A stretch of 63,991 nt of DNA, counting the filler, from Octopus bimaculoides (taxonomy: Eukaryota): the NCBI RefSeq assembly GCF_001194135.2. It is 7 parts of 6 records of this genome, joined end to end, with 100 filler letters (N's around TTAATTAATTAA, not from the genome) between each part and the next. Parts side by side here need not be neighbours in the genome. Positions count along the whole stretch, not along the records: positions 1 to 19,296 come from NC_068991.1; positions 19,397 to 31,993 come from NC_068998.1; 5 more parts are not named here. One strand, given 5' to 3'. Positions 13,198 to 26,349 of the stretch are shown here, one piece after another. The position numbers were made by a program, and so were the translations under genes. The notes under the pieces were generated by a model. The model was not told where the DNA came from and did not search any database. It saw only the letters and a list, made by a program, of their open reading frames with translations. Every line of letters begins with the position of its first letter. Within the stretch, counting starts at the first letter, position 1.

Positions 13198-14187
13198 TAA
13201 CCTTATAGTAGTGGAAAATGAATTTCTTAAACACATAGGTAGGGGGGCTCTGAAAGGGGTCTCAGGGAGTACTGTCCCTGCCTTTCTGAGCTAGTTTTCC
13301 ACCACATTTAAAAATCATGGTAGGGGACTTGGTCTTGGGACCACTCATGTCTAGAAACTGAGGTTGGAGGTAAACAAGGGCATGCTCCCTGTAGAAAATC
13401 CAGCTCCAAAAAAGCCTCTTCATAGCAAAGCAGAATGGGCACTAGCCAGCCCAAAGGTTGGGGTGGGTTGCACCCTGCCTGCCTTGGTTGCTATGGCATT
13501 GAGGTAGATCCGGCCACCTCCGTTAAAGAGGTCAAAACCTGGATTTAAAACACTGGATGATGATGATGATGATGATGATAGCCATGCCTTCTATACCAAA
13601 TGTCAGAACTCCTAACCTGTGTCAATTTGCTGTATCTGTCGAACCAGTCCTTAGACTACCCTAAATTAACTTTCTAATTATCCCATTCTAGGATAAGATG
13701 GTCTTTCTTTTGTTTGTTTACTGGATTAGAACCCCCCCCNNNNNNNNNNNNNNNNNNNNNNNNNNNNNNNNNNNNNNNNNNNNNNNNNNNNNNNNNNNNN
13801 NNNNNNNNNNNNNNNNNNNNNNNNNNNNNNNNNNNNNNNNNNNNNNNNNNNNNNNNNNNNNNNNNNNNNNNNNNNNNNNNNNNNNNNNNNNNNNNNNNNN
13901 NNNNNNNNNNNNNNNNNNNNNNNNNNNNNNNNNNNNNNNNNNNNNNNNNNNNNNNNNNNNNNNNNNNNNNNNNNNNNNNNNNNNNNNNNNNNNNNNNNNN
14001 NNNNNNNNNNNNNNNNNNNNNNNNNNNNNNNNNNNNNNNNNNNNNNNNNNNNNNNNNNNNNNNNNNNNNNNNNNNNNNNNNNNNNNNNNNNNNNNNNNNN
14101 NNNNNNNNNNNNNNNNNNNNNNNNNNNNNNNNNNNNNNNNNNNNNNNNNNNNNNNNNNNNNNNNNNNNNNNNNNNNNNNNNNNNNNN

Positions 14188-14237
<50 letters not shown>

Positions 14238-15001
14238 CTCACACTCATATTTATATATATATACCTAAATAAATGTCAACAACGTTGCTTAGCAACGTTA
14301 GTTATAGATTTAGAAAGAGTCCTCAAATATATAAGCTAATCTTAACATTAGTCTAGTCCTATCTTGATGTTGTTGTTCTTATGGCTTTGTTTTCTCTGCG
14401 TTGTCCATGATCACAAGCATCCCAGCCGTGGCCATCCCTTCAATTGTCTGGCATTGTGCCACATCAGGTTTTTATTGTCAACCGCGTCCTCTTTTTTGAA
14501 AACGGTAGGGTGTGATTTGAGGTAGATTTATGAATTTATCTGCTACTTCTAGTATTTCCAGTGACCATGTAGTGGTTTTCTTGTTGGTTTGTTTATCATG
14601 ATGTAAATAAGAAATGATTCGTTCAGACTAGCAATATCTCCTGTGTGGTTTAGGTATTCTGATGTGGAATGAAGTGCAGTAACCTTTTCTCATGAAATTT
14701 CTGTTGAAATACGCCATCTTTTCTTCAGTTAACTCTTTAAATATGAAATTAAATTTCATAGTTATTCCAGTAACGATGTTAAACATCTACCAAAAAATAG
14801 AACTGGTATTTTCTGCAAGTCATGTTGCTGCAATAAATTTGGCATGTCTCTACAAAAAATAGTTTCAAATCTGGCATTCTCTCAACAGAAGATAAAATTG
14901 GTAAATAAAACTGCTTTCCGCAGTTGAAGATAATGAAACTTCAAATGGAAATATCTAATTTCTGCAGTAAAAGTGTAAAGAACTATTTCAGTTATGAATG
15001 A

Positions 15002-15308
15002 CCATGGGATTGCACCTAGAAAGTTCCCCTCCAAAGCATAAGTCCAAGAAATGCTGTTTATGGAAGACCAGCAGTCGCCCATGCATACCACACTCTCCTC
15101 TCCACGCCACCAATGTTATCCAAGGGAAAGCAAAGGGTCTGATACAGCTTCGCACCAGTGACCTCACAACGCATTTCTACAGCTGAGTGAACTGGAACAA
15201 AATGAAATAAAGTATGTTGCTCAAGAGCACAACATACAACCTGGTCTGGGAATTAAACTTACTATCTCATGATTATGAGCTTGATGCTCTAACCACTGAG
15301 CTATGTGG
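15002..15308 (-). mobile_element. OR2/CORE-like SINE
   Basis: Reverse-complement homolog of 18695-19020. Confidence 0.75.
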
Positions 15309-15369
15309 TAAAAACAAGTTAATTTTAAGAAATATTTTGAACCTAGTAAAATAACTTTGTCACTATTAA

Positions 15370-15487
15370 CCCTTTGAGCCTGTAACACCGGTTTACCAGT
15401 GGATGGCTTATTTTTCTGAATACTGTAGCACCGCTCTACCAGTGGATTAACCCTGGAATAGGGTTCAGGTGGTCAGGGCTCAAAGGG
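15370..15487. mobile_element. piggyBac-type MITE (118 bp)
   Basis: TTAA|CCCTTTGAGCC...GGCTCAAAGGG|TTAA: TTAA target duplication and CCC/GGG termini. Confidence 0.85.
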
Positions 15488-15551
15488 TTAAGCTAGTGTT
15501 TGAAACATAACACAAAGTTTTAATGAAAGATTTTAATTTAGGTCTCTTTAA

Positions 15552-15762
15552 TCCTTTTGATACCAACCTGGCTGAAAACACTTCTAGCTCTGTAGTACAA
15601 ATGTCTTGTTTTGAATTGAAATCTTCCACCAAACCTTTGTCACAATTTATGTTCCTAACACTAGCTAACGATAACTAAGTTATTTTACTAAATTCTTTGT
15701 TATATTTAAAATTAATTGAAAGAAACACAGAGCATCTCAACAGAAATACGGTAACAAAAGGG
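15552..15762. mobile_element. Second piggyBac-type MITE (211 bp)
   Basis: TTAA|TCCTTTTGATACC...GGTAACAAAAGGG|TTAA. Confidence 0.75.
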
Positions 15763-16620
15763 TTAAGAAGAAAAATAATCAGCAGAAGAAGGCCCCAAAA
15801 TTTCAAGCCTTGTGCCCGGAGTAGAAAAGAATACTAGAAGTGGTTTGGTATCAGGAGGGTTCGTATCAAATGGATTAAATATTTCATTGCAGAGACTGTG
15901 ATGTTGGACCAATGGAGTAAAGATGGTAGTGGTGGTGGTGGTGGCGGTAGTGGCAGTGGTCGTAGCAGAAGTGGATGTTAATGTTGATGTTGTTTAGCCT
16001 CAGGTCAACCCTGATTGAGCAGACCTGTGATCAAAGATGTAAAAGCCATGACCACCCCAACTCATCCCATCCCATTCTGTGTTTTACGGGCATCTTCTTA
16101 TACAAGGCTGAGTCAGAAAGTAATGCTATTTTTATTGGCATTATTTTTGGATTCATCCTTGCATGTGTAGAGATTAGTCAAAAAGCAATGCAAAAAGTTA
16201 CGTAGTTCAAATATCTTGATCTATATACTGTATTTGATGGGCTATAAAAAGCACTTTTTCCCCCAAAAAATGTCTCAGAAAAAGAAACCCACCTCAGATT
16301 TTATATGTGAAGTTGAACCTCCCAACCTTAAATATTATATGCTTCAATGCACTTAAAACTTATTTTCTGGAATATATGTTGCTGAAATTGGAGTCTGTCT
16401 GGTATCCCGTGCCTCTTTTATACCATCAAATATGGTAATACAATATGCAATACGTCCGTTCCTCTTTTCAAAACAGTAGGGGTGTAATTTGAGGGGGATT
16501 TAGCTGCTATTTTTGGCAAGTTGAATGGTTTCATTGAGGATGCTTTGTTGACTTTGTATAACAGAAGAGTTCTATGGCAAGGAATAGAGTTGGTACCTGA
16601 AAAGTTGGTCTGTTAGAACT

Positions 16621-16930
16621 ACTGGCACTCTGTTGGTTACGAAGACGATGGTTCCAGTTGATCTGATCAATGGAACAGTCTGCTTGTGAAATTATTGTGC
16701 AAGTGGCTGAGTACTCCACAGACACGTGTACCCTTGACATAGTCCTCTGGGAGATTCAGTGAGACACAGAGTGTGACAAGGCTGGCCCTATGAAATAAAG
16801 GGACTACTTGTTTTTGCAAGCTGAGTGGACTGGAACAACAAGGAATAAAGTGTCTTGCTTAAGACATAACATGCCATAACCTTATGATCGTGAGCCGAAT
16901 TTCCTAACAACTTAGCTATGTGCCTTCACT
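16621..16930 (-). mobile_element. OR2/CORE-like SINE
   Basis: Reverse-complement homolog of 41243-41535. Confidence 0.8.
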
Positions 16931-17064
16931 TTTGTTAGAGCTATAAGTAGGTGCTAAGATGGGTTGGTACAGGCTGTTCGGAAAGACAAATATCTTGGTA
17001 TTTGTGCCATAAATATTAATATGGATGGAAATGAGAAGGCTGTGAGAATGACAGAAAAGGAAAG

Positions 17065-17232
17065 ATAGATAGATAGATAGATAGATAGACACACAAATAG
17101 ATAGATAGATGGATGGATAGATAGATAGATGGATAGATAGACAGGTAGATAGATAGATAGATAAATAGATAGATAGATAGATAGACACACAAATAGAGAT
17201 ATAGATAGATAACTAGATAGATAGATAGATAA

Positions 17233-17308
<76 letters not shown>
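17065..17308. repeat. (GATA)n microsatellite
   Basis: Direct inspection. Confidence 0.95.
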
Positions 17309-17309
<1 letters not shown>

Positions 17310-17349
17310 AGGAGAGTAAGTTTGGAGGAATTATTTATTTCTTATTTTA

Positions 17350-17600
17350 TACAGGGTGTCCCAAAAGTCACTGAAGGGTTTCAGTTTTTAATAACTCCTT
17401 TAACTTTACAAATAAAGACATGAACTTTTGATACAATATAAAGAACATAATGGAAATCAATATGCACAAGTCAAATTTTGCAACACCACTACATTGCATA
17501 TGAAAAATGACATCGCTTAAATGGCAGCCATTTTTGGCTTCGCACACCTGTATTCTTTCCAAAACTTGCAACATAACACCCTCATTAATGCAGCACCGGC
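17350..17600. mobile_element. Tc1/mariner-type terminal fragment
   Basis: TA|CAGGGTGTCCCAAAAGTC is a mariner-type TIR start. The partner TIR was not found. Confidence 0.5.
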
Positions 17601-18180
17601 ACGAGTCCATTTTACGTGGCACCGGCACCTGGTATATATTTGGTTATATTTATAACTTAAAATAACAGCGGGTTGAGTAGAAACCTTCAAAACCAGTAAA
17701 ATATTTAAATATTTAAGCATTTTTTGAAGAAATGCAAAAAAAATATGGTTCAACAATGCAGTTGGATGTGTTGCAGCAATTTTGTATCCTTATTTATTTT
17801 CCATATTTGATTCTATTCATTATAATATTAATTTTCATAATTGATCGTTAGAGTATTATTGATTTTTAGCGCAGGCAGAAGGTCACGAGTTTGGTGGGGA
17901 CCGAACAGTCAGTTATATCGACTTAGTACTCGACTGGTATTCGTTTTATATCAACTTTGGATTGATGGACGGGAATGATGACCTTGGTGTGGGATTTGAA
18001 CTCAGAAAGTAGAGCACTGTAACTAAATACCACAAAATATTTTGTCCGATGCTGTAAGGATTCAGCCAATCATACATTATTAATTAAATGTCAGATATTT
18101 TTTTTTTTTCCTCATAGCCGTAATTATATTGACTTTTGAATGATATTTAGTTTGCAACAATGGTATCTGTTAACCCTCTA

Positions 18181-18324
18181 CTAGTTTCAGTTATTAGACT
18201 GTGGCCATGCTGGGGCACCGCCTTGGTACCTACTCTATTGATCTCTTTAGCTGAACGGCTAAGTTATGGGGATGTAGACACAACAATACTGGTTGTCAAA
18301 TGGTGGTGGTGGTGGACAAACACA

Positions 18325-18372
<48 letters not shown>

Positions 18373-18492
18373 ATGGGTTTCTTTGAGTTTCCGTCTACCA
18401 AATCCACTCACAAGGCCTTGGTCACCTTCAGGCTGTAATAGAAGACATTTGCCCTAGATGCCACACAGTGGGATAGAACCCACAACCATGCT
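18181..18492 (-). mobile_element. OK-like SINE
   Basis: Homology to 48712-49141. Confidence 0.8.
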
Positions 18493-18649
18493 AGTGCCTA
18501 TATTAATTAACTGTCAGTCTCCTTTTTTTCCCTTCATGGTCATAATTATATCCACTTTTGAATGATATTTAGCTTGCTCCATGGCATGTTAAGATTTTAG
18601 TAATTGTTTTGTCTCTTGTATATTATTATATTTTGGGAAAATATATATG

Positions 18650-18680
<31 letters not shown>

Positions 18681-18694
18681 ATGTATGTGTGTGT

Positions 18695-19019
18695 GTGAAG
18701 GCACATGGCCCATTGGCTAGAGTGTCGACCTTATGATCGTGAGGTTGTGAGTTTAATTCCCGGACTAGGCTGCATGTCGTGTTCTTGAGCAAGACACTTT
18801 ATTTCACGTTGTTTCAGATCACTCAGCTGTAGAAATGAGGTGCCAAGCTGTATCGGCCCCTTTGCCTTTCCCTTGGATAATATCGGTGGTAAGGAGAGGG
18901 GAGACTGGTATGCATGGGTCACTGTTGGTCTTCCATAAACAACCTTGCCCAGACTTGTGCCTAAGAGGGTAACTTTGTAGGTGCAATCCCATGGTCATTA
19001 GAGACCAAAGGGGGTCTCA

Positions 19020-19020
<1 letters not shown>
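18695..19020 (+). mobile_element. OR2/CORE-like SINE, full length
   Basis: tRNA-like head, CORE-like GTTCTTGAGCAAGACACTTTATTTCACG...CACTCAGCTGTAGAAATGAG, and the family 3' tail. Confidence 0.8.
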
Positions 19021-19050
<30 letters not shown>

Positions 19051-19141
19051 CTAGCAGAAATACCCGGCGTTGCCCGGGTTAAAGAGAATAATGAAATCTA
19101 AAAACGCCGTCTAGACTACGCATCATCTTTATATATAGAGA
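19051..19141 (-). mobile_element. Complete minimal non-autonomous Helitron (91 bp)
   Basis: On the minus strand: A|TC start, 3' GC-rich hairpin (ACCCGG GCAACG CCGGGT) about 7 nt upstream of terminal CTAG|T. Inserted in an A|T site within (TA)n. Confidence 0.75.
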
Positions 19142-19296
19142 TGTATATACACACACGCACCCAAACACGGGTATATATATGTATATCAATATAAATATAT
19201 GAAAGTCAATGAAGTTTCGTAAAAGAAGGTGATCATGTACATACTTTCTTGCTGTTGTGATTATAACACCTCATTGTAAACTATGTTCCTTGTTTT

Positions 19297-19396
19297 NNNN
19301 NNNNNNNNNNNNNNNNNNNNNNNNNNNNNNNNNNNNNNNNTTAATTAATTAANNNNNNNNNNNNNNNNNNNNNNNNNNNNNNNNNNNNNNNNNNNN
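19297..19396. other. Artificial scaffold linker (44 N + TTAATTAATTAA + 44 N)
   Basis: Identical 100-nt construct recurs six times. TTAATTAATTAA places stops in all six frames. Confidence 0.97.
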
Positions 19397-19620
19397 GGTG
19401 GTGATCGAACTTGTTACTACACACAGTGATTGATAAATAATTGATAAATAATTTGTTGTTAATGCAGCTGATAGAAAAATGGTGTGTATGTGTGTGTACG
19501 GGGAGGGGTTAGAGATCTATGGTAAAAGGAAAGAGAAATATAGAGATTGAGAGAGAGAGAGGGTGAGAGAGAAAGAGAGGCTAGGAGGGAGATGGGACAA
19601 ACTGATGGATAGAGAGATAT

Positions 19621-19652
<32 letters not shown>

Positions 19653-19660
19653 GAAGACAG

Positions 19661-19696
<36 letters not shown>

Positions 19697-20056
19697 TGAC
19701 AGACAGATAGATAGATGGCTAAGTAGCTGGCTGGAGGGAGNNNNNNNNNNGAGAGATGTATAGGAAGAGAGGGAAGGAGAGATAGAGAGAGAAAGAGTGA
19801 GCGTGAGTGGGGGGGGCATAAAAATAATTAAAAATACCAACCAGTGCAAAAACTATTCGGTTCAATAAGTAGTTTATTTATATTTGTGCACCGTTCAATC
19901 ATATGTAACGTATCAATAATCGATAATCAATATGATGTCTAAATTATTAAACATATTAGTGCCAAGCTATTTTTTGTTTTGTTTTCTGTCTGCTGCCTGT
20001 ATTTAATTGATTCCCATTAGTAAAGCAAGCAAGTCTAATAAGAGAACACATGTTTT

Positions 20057-20059
<3 letters not shown>

Positions 20060-20092
<33 letters not shown>

Positions 20093-20109
20093 TGATAATA
20101 TTAATAATA

Positions 20110-20140
<31 letters not shown>

Positions 20141-20151
20141 TCATAATAATT

Positions 20152-20237
<86 letters not shown>

Positions 20238-20272
20238 AATAATAATATTAATAATAATAATTATGATAATAT
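20060..20272. repeat. (AAT)n-(GAT)n compound microsatellite
   Basis: Direct inspection. Confidence 0.95.
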
Positions 20273-20503
20273 TTATTTCTTTATTGCCCACAGGGTGCTA
20301 AACATAGAGGGGACAAACAAGGACAGTCAAAGGGATTTTGTCGATTACATCGACCCCAGTGCGTAACTGATACTTTTTTAATCGACCCCGAAAGGATAAA
20401 AGGCAAAGTCGACCTTGGTGTAATTTAAGCGCAGAACGTAACGGCACACGAAATACCGCTAACCATTTCGCCCGGCGCGCTAACGATTCTGCCAGCTCGC
20501 CAC
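20272..20503 (-). mobile_element. Family B SINE, full length
   Basis: Reverse complement of 55928-56160, including the AAAGAAATAA tail. Confidence 0.85.
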
Positions 20504-20526
20504 CCTATGATAATATTAATAATAAT

Positions 20527-20737
20527 TTTTTCTACTATAGGCACAAGGCCTTCAAATTTTTGGGGAAGGGACTAATCGATTACATCGACGCCAGTACGCA
20601 ACTGGTACTTAATTTATCGACCCCGAAAGGATGAAAGACAAAGTCGACCTCGGTGGAATTTGAACTGAGAACGTAAAGACAGACGAAATACCGCTAAGCA
20701 TTTCGCTCGGGGTACTAACGATTCTGCCAGCTCGCCA
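20527..20737 (-). mobile_element. Family B SINE (alternative tail subfamily), tandem to the previous copy
   Basis: TATCGACCCCGAAAGGATGAAAGACAAAGTCGACCTCGGTGGAATTTGAACT plus the head. Confidence 0.85.
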
Positions 20738-21100
20738 ATGATAATAATGATAACAATTATTATTTCAAAACTTTGACTAAGAAAGCAATATTAAAAGTAC
20801 AAAACACATTTATTTTATACTTTTGGTGTGCTGGAAAAAATTCGATAAGTGAGCGGGGGTACTTTTCGAACGGTAATTTGCGGCTACCTTACAGTTGTGA
20901 AGAATATTCTATGCTATTAGTCGGAGTAGGTCGGAGTAGGAAAGTGAGTACGTCTTCCCTTAGAAACAGTGTACGGACTATGAAACGGTCCGTTAGGAGG
21001 TCCTCTTTCTTTTTGCACATAAAATACCGGTAGAAATGAATTCACGTTATATTTTCTCTCACAGCTAGACATTTGTATGTGTGTATATATATATATATAT

Positions 21101-21264
21101 TGTTTGGATCGTTAGACAGCGACCATGCTGGGACACTGCCTTGAAGAACATTAATCGAATGAATTAACTCGCTACTAATTTTTTAGGCTTGGAACTTATT
21201 CTGTCTCTTTCGCAGAACCGATAAGTTACGAGAACATAAACACACCAACACACATGCGCACGCA

Positions 21265-21315
<51 letters not shown>

Positions 21316-21470
21316 GCACAATGGGCGTCTTTCAGTTTCCACCTACAAAATCCACTTACAAAGCTTTGGTTGGACCGAGGCTATAGTAGAAGACATTTGC
21401 CCAAGGTGCTACGCAGTGGGACTGAACCCGGGACCATGTGGTTGGTAAGCAAGCTTCTTACCACACAGCT
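21101..21470 (-). mobile_element. OK-like SINE
   Basis: Homology to 48712-49141. Confidence 0.8.
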
Positions 21471-21483
21471 GTGTCTAAGTCTA

Positions 21484-21518
<35 letters not shown>

Positions 21519-21834
21519 NNNNNNNNNNNNNNNNNNNNNNNNNNNNNNNNNNNNNNNNNNNNNNNNNNNNNNNNNNNNNNNNNNNNNNNNNNNNNNNNNN
21601 NNNNNNNNNNNNNNNNNNNNNNNNNNNNNNNNNNNNNNNNNNNNNNNNNNNNNNNNNNNNNNNNNNNNNNNNNNNNNNNNNNNNNNNNNNNNNNNNNNNN
21701 NNNNNNNNNNNNNNNNNNNNNNNNNNNNNNNNNNNNNNNNNNNNNNNNNNNNNNNNNNNNNNNNNNNNNNNNNNNNNNNNNNNNNNNNNNNNNNNNNNNN
21801 NNNNNNNNNNNNNNNNNNNNNNNNNNNNNNNNNN

Positions 21835-21877
<43 letters not shown>

Positions 21878-22213
21878 GTATATGTATTGTGGCCCTCTGC
21901 CAATGAGAGAAATCAATATTTGTATTTTCTCATATACATACGTGTGTGTGTGTATGTGCTTGTAATTATATATGTATGCCTGTGTATATCCTGTATCTCA
22001 AAAATCTGGCATGATTTTGAATAGAAAATATATTTAAGCGCCATCTTGTGCGGATTTGCATTATCGTCTGCCTATGTGTGATGAACAATACACATAGATA
22101 CGTACGTACACATGCACACATATATGAATATCTGTGTGAGTAATACGCACATAAGTACGCATTCGTGCATACACATACATAGATGCACTCATGCGAATAT
22201 ACGCAGACGCGCG

Positions 22214-22283
<70 letters not shown>

Positions 22284-22627
22284 GACACAATTCTCGTTTG
22301 CCATTTTGCATTTCCATTGTTGCACACATCTCACCTAGTGGCCTACTTTCACTAAATGATTAGAGAACATAAGTAGATCTTCATTGATTTCGCTTTATTT
22401 ATATTACATTAACATCATCATCATCATCATCATGATCGCCGTAATTATTATTATTATTATTATTATTATCGTTATTATTTTTCGCATCACCACCATCAGT
22501 ACCACCATCACCAACACCATCGTCATCATTATGTTTTGTTTGTTGTTTTCATGCTCCATAATTCTGTTGACCAATAGAAACATTTCCCTGCCGTACTCTC
22601 CCATCCGTTTTCACCCGGATGTCCAGA

Positions 22628-22787
22628 TATTTTTTTCTACTCTAAGCACAAGGCCCGAAACTTTTGGGGGAGGCGGGGGCCAGTCGATCACATCGATCCC
22701 AGTACGCAAATAGTACTTAATTTATCGACCCCGAAAGGATGAAAGGCAAAGTCGACCTGGGTGGAATTTGAACTCAGAACGTAACAG
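22628..22787 (-). mobile_element. Family B SINE, 5' truncated
   Basis: Central domain and tail match 20527-20737. Confidence 0.8.
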
Positions 22788-22810
22788 TATGTGCATATAC
22801 GTATGTATAT

Positions 22811-22869
<59 letters not shown>

Positions 22870-23400
22870 TAAGTAGCATGGAACCGAATAAAACTGCTTT
22901 AAATAATATATATATTATCATCTCAAATATACACATTATTGTCCCAACATTTCTATCATCTGATCTTACTGGTTTTAAATCCCTTTAAATTTTGGTTTTG
23001 CTTATAAAGACATTTTTTTTTCTGAAAATCTGTTTTTGCTTCTTTTTTTTTTTTTGATTTTTGTAATGTTAAATACTCGGTGGGGAGATTTTATCTTCTA
23101 ATTGATTAGATAATCTCACTTGGTATCGAAGTTTGAATTTTAAGTTTCTTCAGCTCAAATTAATTATGTACACAGTGAGCCCTCCTACCACCACCACCAC
23201 CACCAGCTCATATACACACGCCTTCTGTGTAGGTAATATGTAGAACATTTATTCCCCTGGGGTACTTTCCCTTCAGTCATTCTGTTGTTTTTGTTGTTGG
23301 TTGGTTGGCTGGTTGGTCGGCCGGTTTTCTTTTGCAACTGTACTTTTAACGTACACGTTTCTTTCTTTTCCTCTCACTCACTCACTCAGTCACTCACTAC

Positions 23401-23450
<50 letters not shown>

Positions 23451-23954
23451 NNNNNNNNNNNNNNNNNNNNNNNNNNNNNNNNNNNNNNNNNNNNNNNNNN
23501 NNNNNNNNNNNNNNNNNNNNNNNNNNNNNNNNNNNNNNNNNNNNNNNNNNNNNNNNNNNNNNNNNNNNNNNNNNNNNNNNNNNNNNNNNNNNNNNNNNNN
23601 NNNNNNNNNNNNNNNNNNNNNNNNNNNNNNNNNNNNNNNNNNNNNNNNNNNNNNNNNNNNNNNNNNNNNNNNNNNNNNNNNNNNNNNNNNNNNNNNNNNN
23701 NNNNNNNNNNNNNNNNNNNNNNNNNNNNNNNNNNNNNNNNNNNNNNNNNNNNNNNNNNNNNNNNNNNNNNNNNNNNNNNNNNNNNNNNNNNNNNNNNNNN
23801 NNNNNNNNNNNNNNNNNNNNNNNNNNNNNNNNNNNNNNNNNNNNNNNNNNNNNNNNNNNGCACACAAACACACACTCACTCAAATACATATATACATGTG
23901 TGTGTGTGTAGATGAAGAGAAAGAGGGAAAGCAAGCAAGCAAGAAAGAAAGAAA

Positions 23955-23988
<34 letters not shown>

Positions 23989-24159
23989 AAAGAAGAGATG
24001 CGTGTGGATGTGTGTATGATCACACATAGATATCGAATTAAAATTATATTCTTTCATGCAAGGACGCACATTTTTTTGTCTGCTTCTAAATGCGTGAGAG
24101 TGGGGCGATTTGGGACGATTTTCTTTCGTTTCTTTATAAAATTTGCATGGCTGTGCATT

Positions 24160-24218
<59 letters not shown>

Positions 24219-24267
24219 TATTATTACTATTATTATCATTATCATTATCATTATTATTTTTTTTTAT

Positions 24268-24590
24268 TGAGTGAGAGAGCAGTGGATGCCATCAAAGTGA
24301 CACTGGGGTACAAATATACGAAGCCCAGTATACCCATTATGACTATCCAACTGATAAGGGTACACCAGGCGCATACATCACAACCATATGTACGGGAAAT
24401 GGTGACCTTGTATCAAGATAAACAGCGCATGACCTCGTAGGTGGGGGCCTGTTAGAATTTTCTTCAGGTTGTGTGACCCATCCTGCTCAAAAGGTCCCTG
24501 AATGAGGGTTGTTTAAGGATGTTGAACGAAACACCCATGTTTCCAGGGGTGAATTATTCAATCCTTAAAGATCTCCTCTCAACATTAAAC
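24268..24590 (-). mobile_element. Probable LINE 3' UTR fragment with an A/(TAA)-rich tail
   Basis: Higher-GC segment ending on the minus strand in CTCTCACTCAATAAAAAAAA followed by simple repeats. Clade not determined. Confidence 0.4.
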
Positions 24591-26310
24591 TTAGCAGCCT
24601 CACTTGTAAAGGCTGGAACTAATTAATGGAGATCCAGTTAAAGATAATTAAAAAAAAAGAAAAATAGCACATTAGCGAACGTCTTTGCGAAATTCCAGAA
24701 GAGAGGGAGAGAAAGGAAGATGAGGAAAGAAAAGGAGAAAAAATTATAGATATATTGAGATAGCCATAATCACAATGCCAGTAACTATAACCTATAAACA
24801 CTTAAATAGAGACAGAATAGAATAAATCAAATAACGAAAGTGGTCAACACAGTGATAGAAAGACGGCCATTAGCAAATAAATGTGCATATTAGACTATTG
24901 GAAATAGCTTAGGCAATAATCAGCGTCAGCATAAAAATATAAATGTATGTTAAATATCGAAATTTATAGAAATTTATTGAGATTAGTTATTTAACTGCAA
25001 TGAAATTACGTGTTGAAAGGCCAGTTATAATAGAGAACGAAAACTAGAACCGATATGCCCGATAGAAAACAAACAAACAAAAAATACAAGATGGGAATCC
25101 TAACGTTTCTATTAATATTGTCACAATAGGTATTGAACCTAAAACAAATCAGTTAAAATCATACAGGTTCAGTAGATAATTAAATCACTACTATTATAAT
25201 TTAGAATTAAGGTGAATAATAAGAAAATGTTAGAAGAATTGATATGAATTATGAAAGAATCATAGCCGCCATAAATGATAAAAGGTATGGGATTATAACG
25301 AATTTTAAAAACCGTAACTAGAGAGGATGAAACAAATGCCATAAAGTTAGAAACAAATTGAATAAAGTTATTAAATTGAATGATAGAAACTAGCGGAACC
25401 TGTGAAATATATTTCACGGAATTAATGGTAAACTTATTTGGTTATTTCTCAAAACTTTATCCAAAAAAACCTGAAAGCGTAGCCTATGTTGTGCCTGCAT
25501 CAAACGATAGTCGATCGTCTGCTAATCATTGAAAAGCGAAGGAAATTCGAATACGATGATTACTTAATGCACTTTATATATACACTTTGTATACTCTATG
25601 CACAATTTTATAGAATTAATACACAGCACTCTTCCTATTTCTCTCTCATTCCTCGCCTTTTTCTTTCGCTCTTCGCCTTTCCGTTCAACTAATCACGTGA
25701 GAACGTTACAGACGGGCTGAAAATGGAGGAAAAAACTTACTTTAAGAAAATTACACATTTCACACACCACCACCTCTCCTTCTCCACTTCTATCTCCCCT
25801 CCCATCTCCATCCCCTCATCATCCCCTCCCCTTCCTCCCCTTCAACTAATCACGTGGAAGCGTTGCGGACAGGCTAAGTAACGGAGTGACAAGCAAAATT
25901 TATAAGATTATTGAGATTATATGAAATTACAGTGTGCGTGTGTATATATGTTTCAACCCAAAGGCTGTGACCATATGTATATGTACATGCATGTGTGTGG
26001 GTGTGTTAATTGTATGCATGCGTCTGTATATATACACACGCACCTCGCTCTATCTGACGATGTCGCAACCTCTGTGGATGTTGTCCCAGTATTTTTTATG
26101 TCCTCATCAAAACACAATCATATCCAACACCACCACCACCACCACCACCACCACCAATACTACTACTACTACTACCACCACTTATTACTAAAAATATTTT
26201 TCCTCAGTAGAAAGACAACTTACAAGGTATTAATTATTTACTATTAGATATTTACTATCGCTCCCACCTTTTCCTCTCTCTCTCTTTCTCTTTCTCTCTC
26301 TCTTTCTCTT

Positions 26311-26349
<39 letters not shown>

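Noticed and set aside
19341-19352. TTAATTAATTAA palindrome as a biological motif
   Set aside because: It is centred in identical N padding six times, so it is an assembly spacer.
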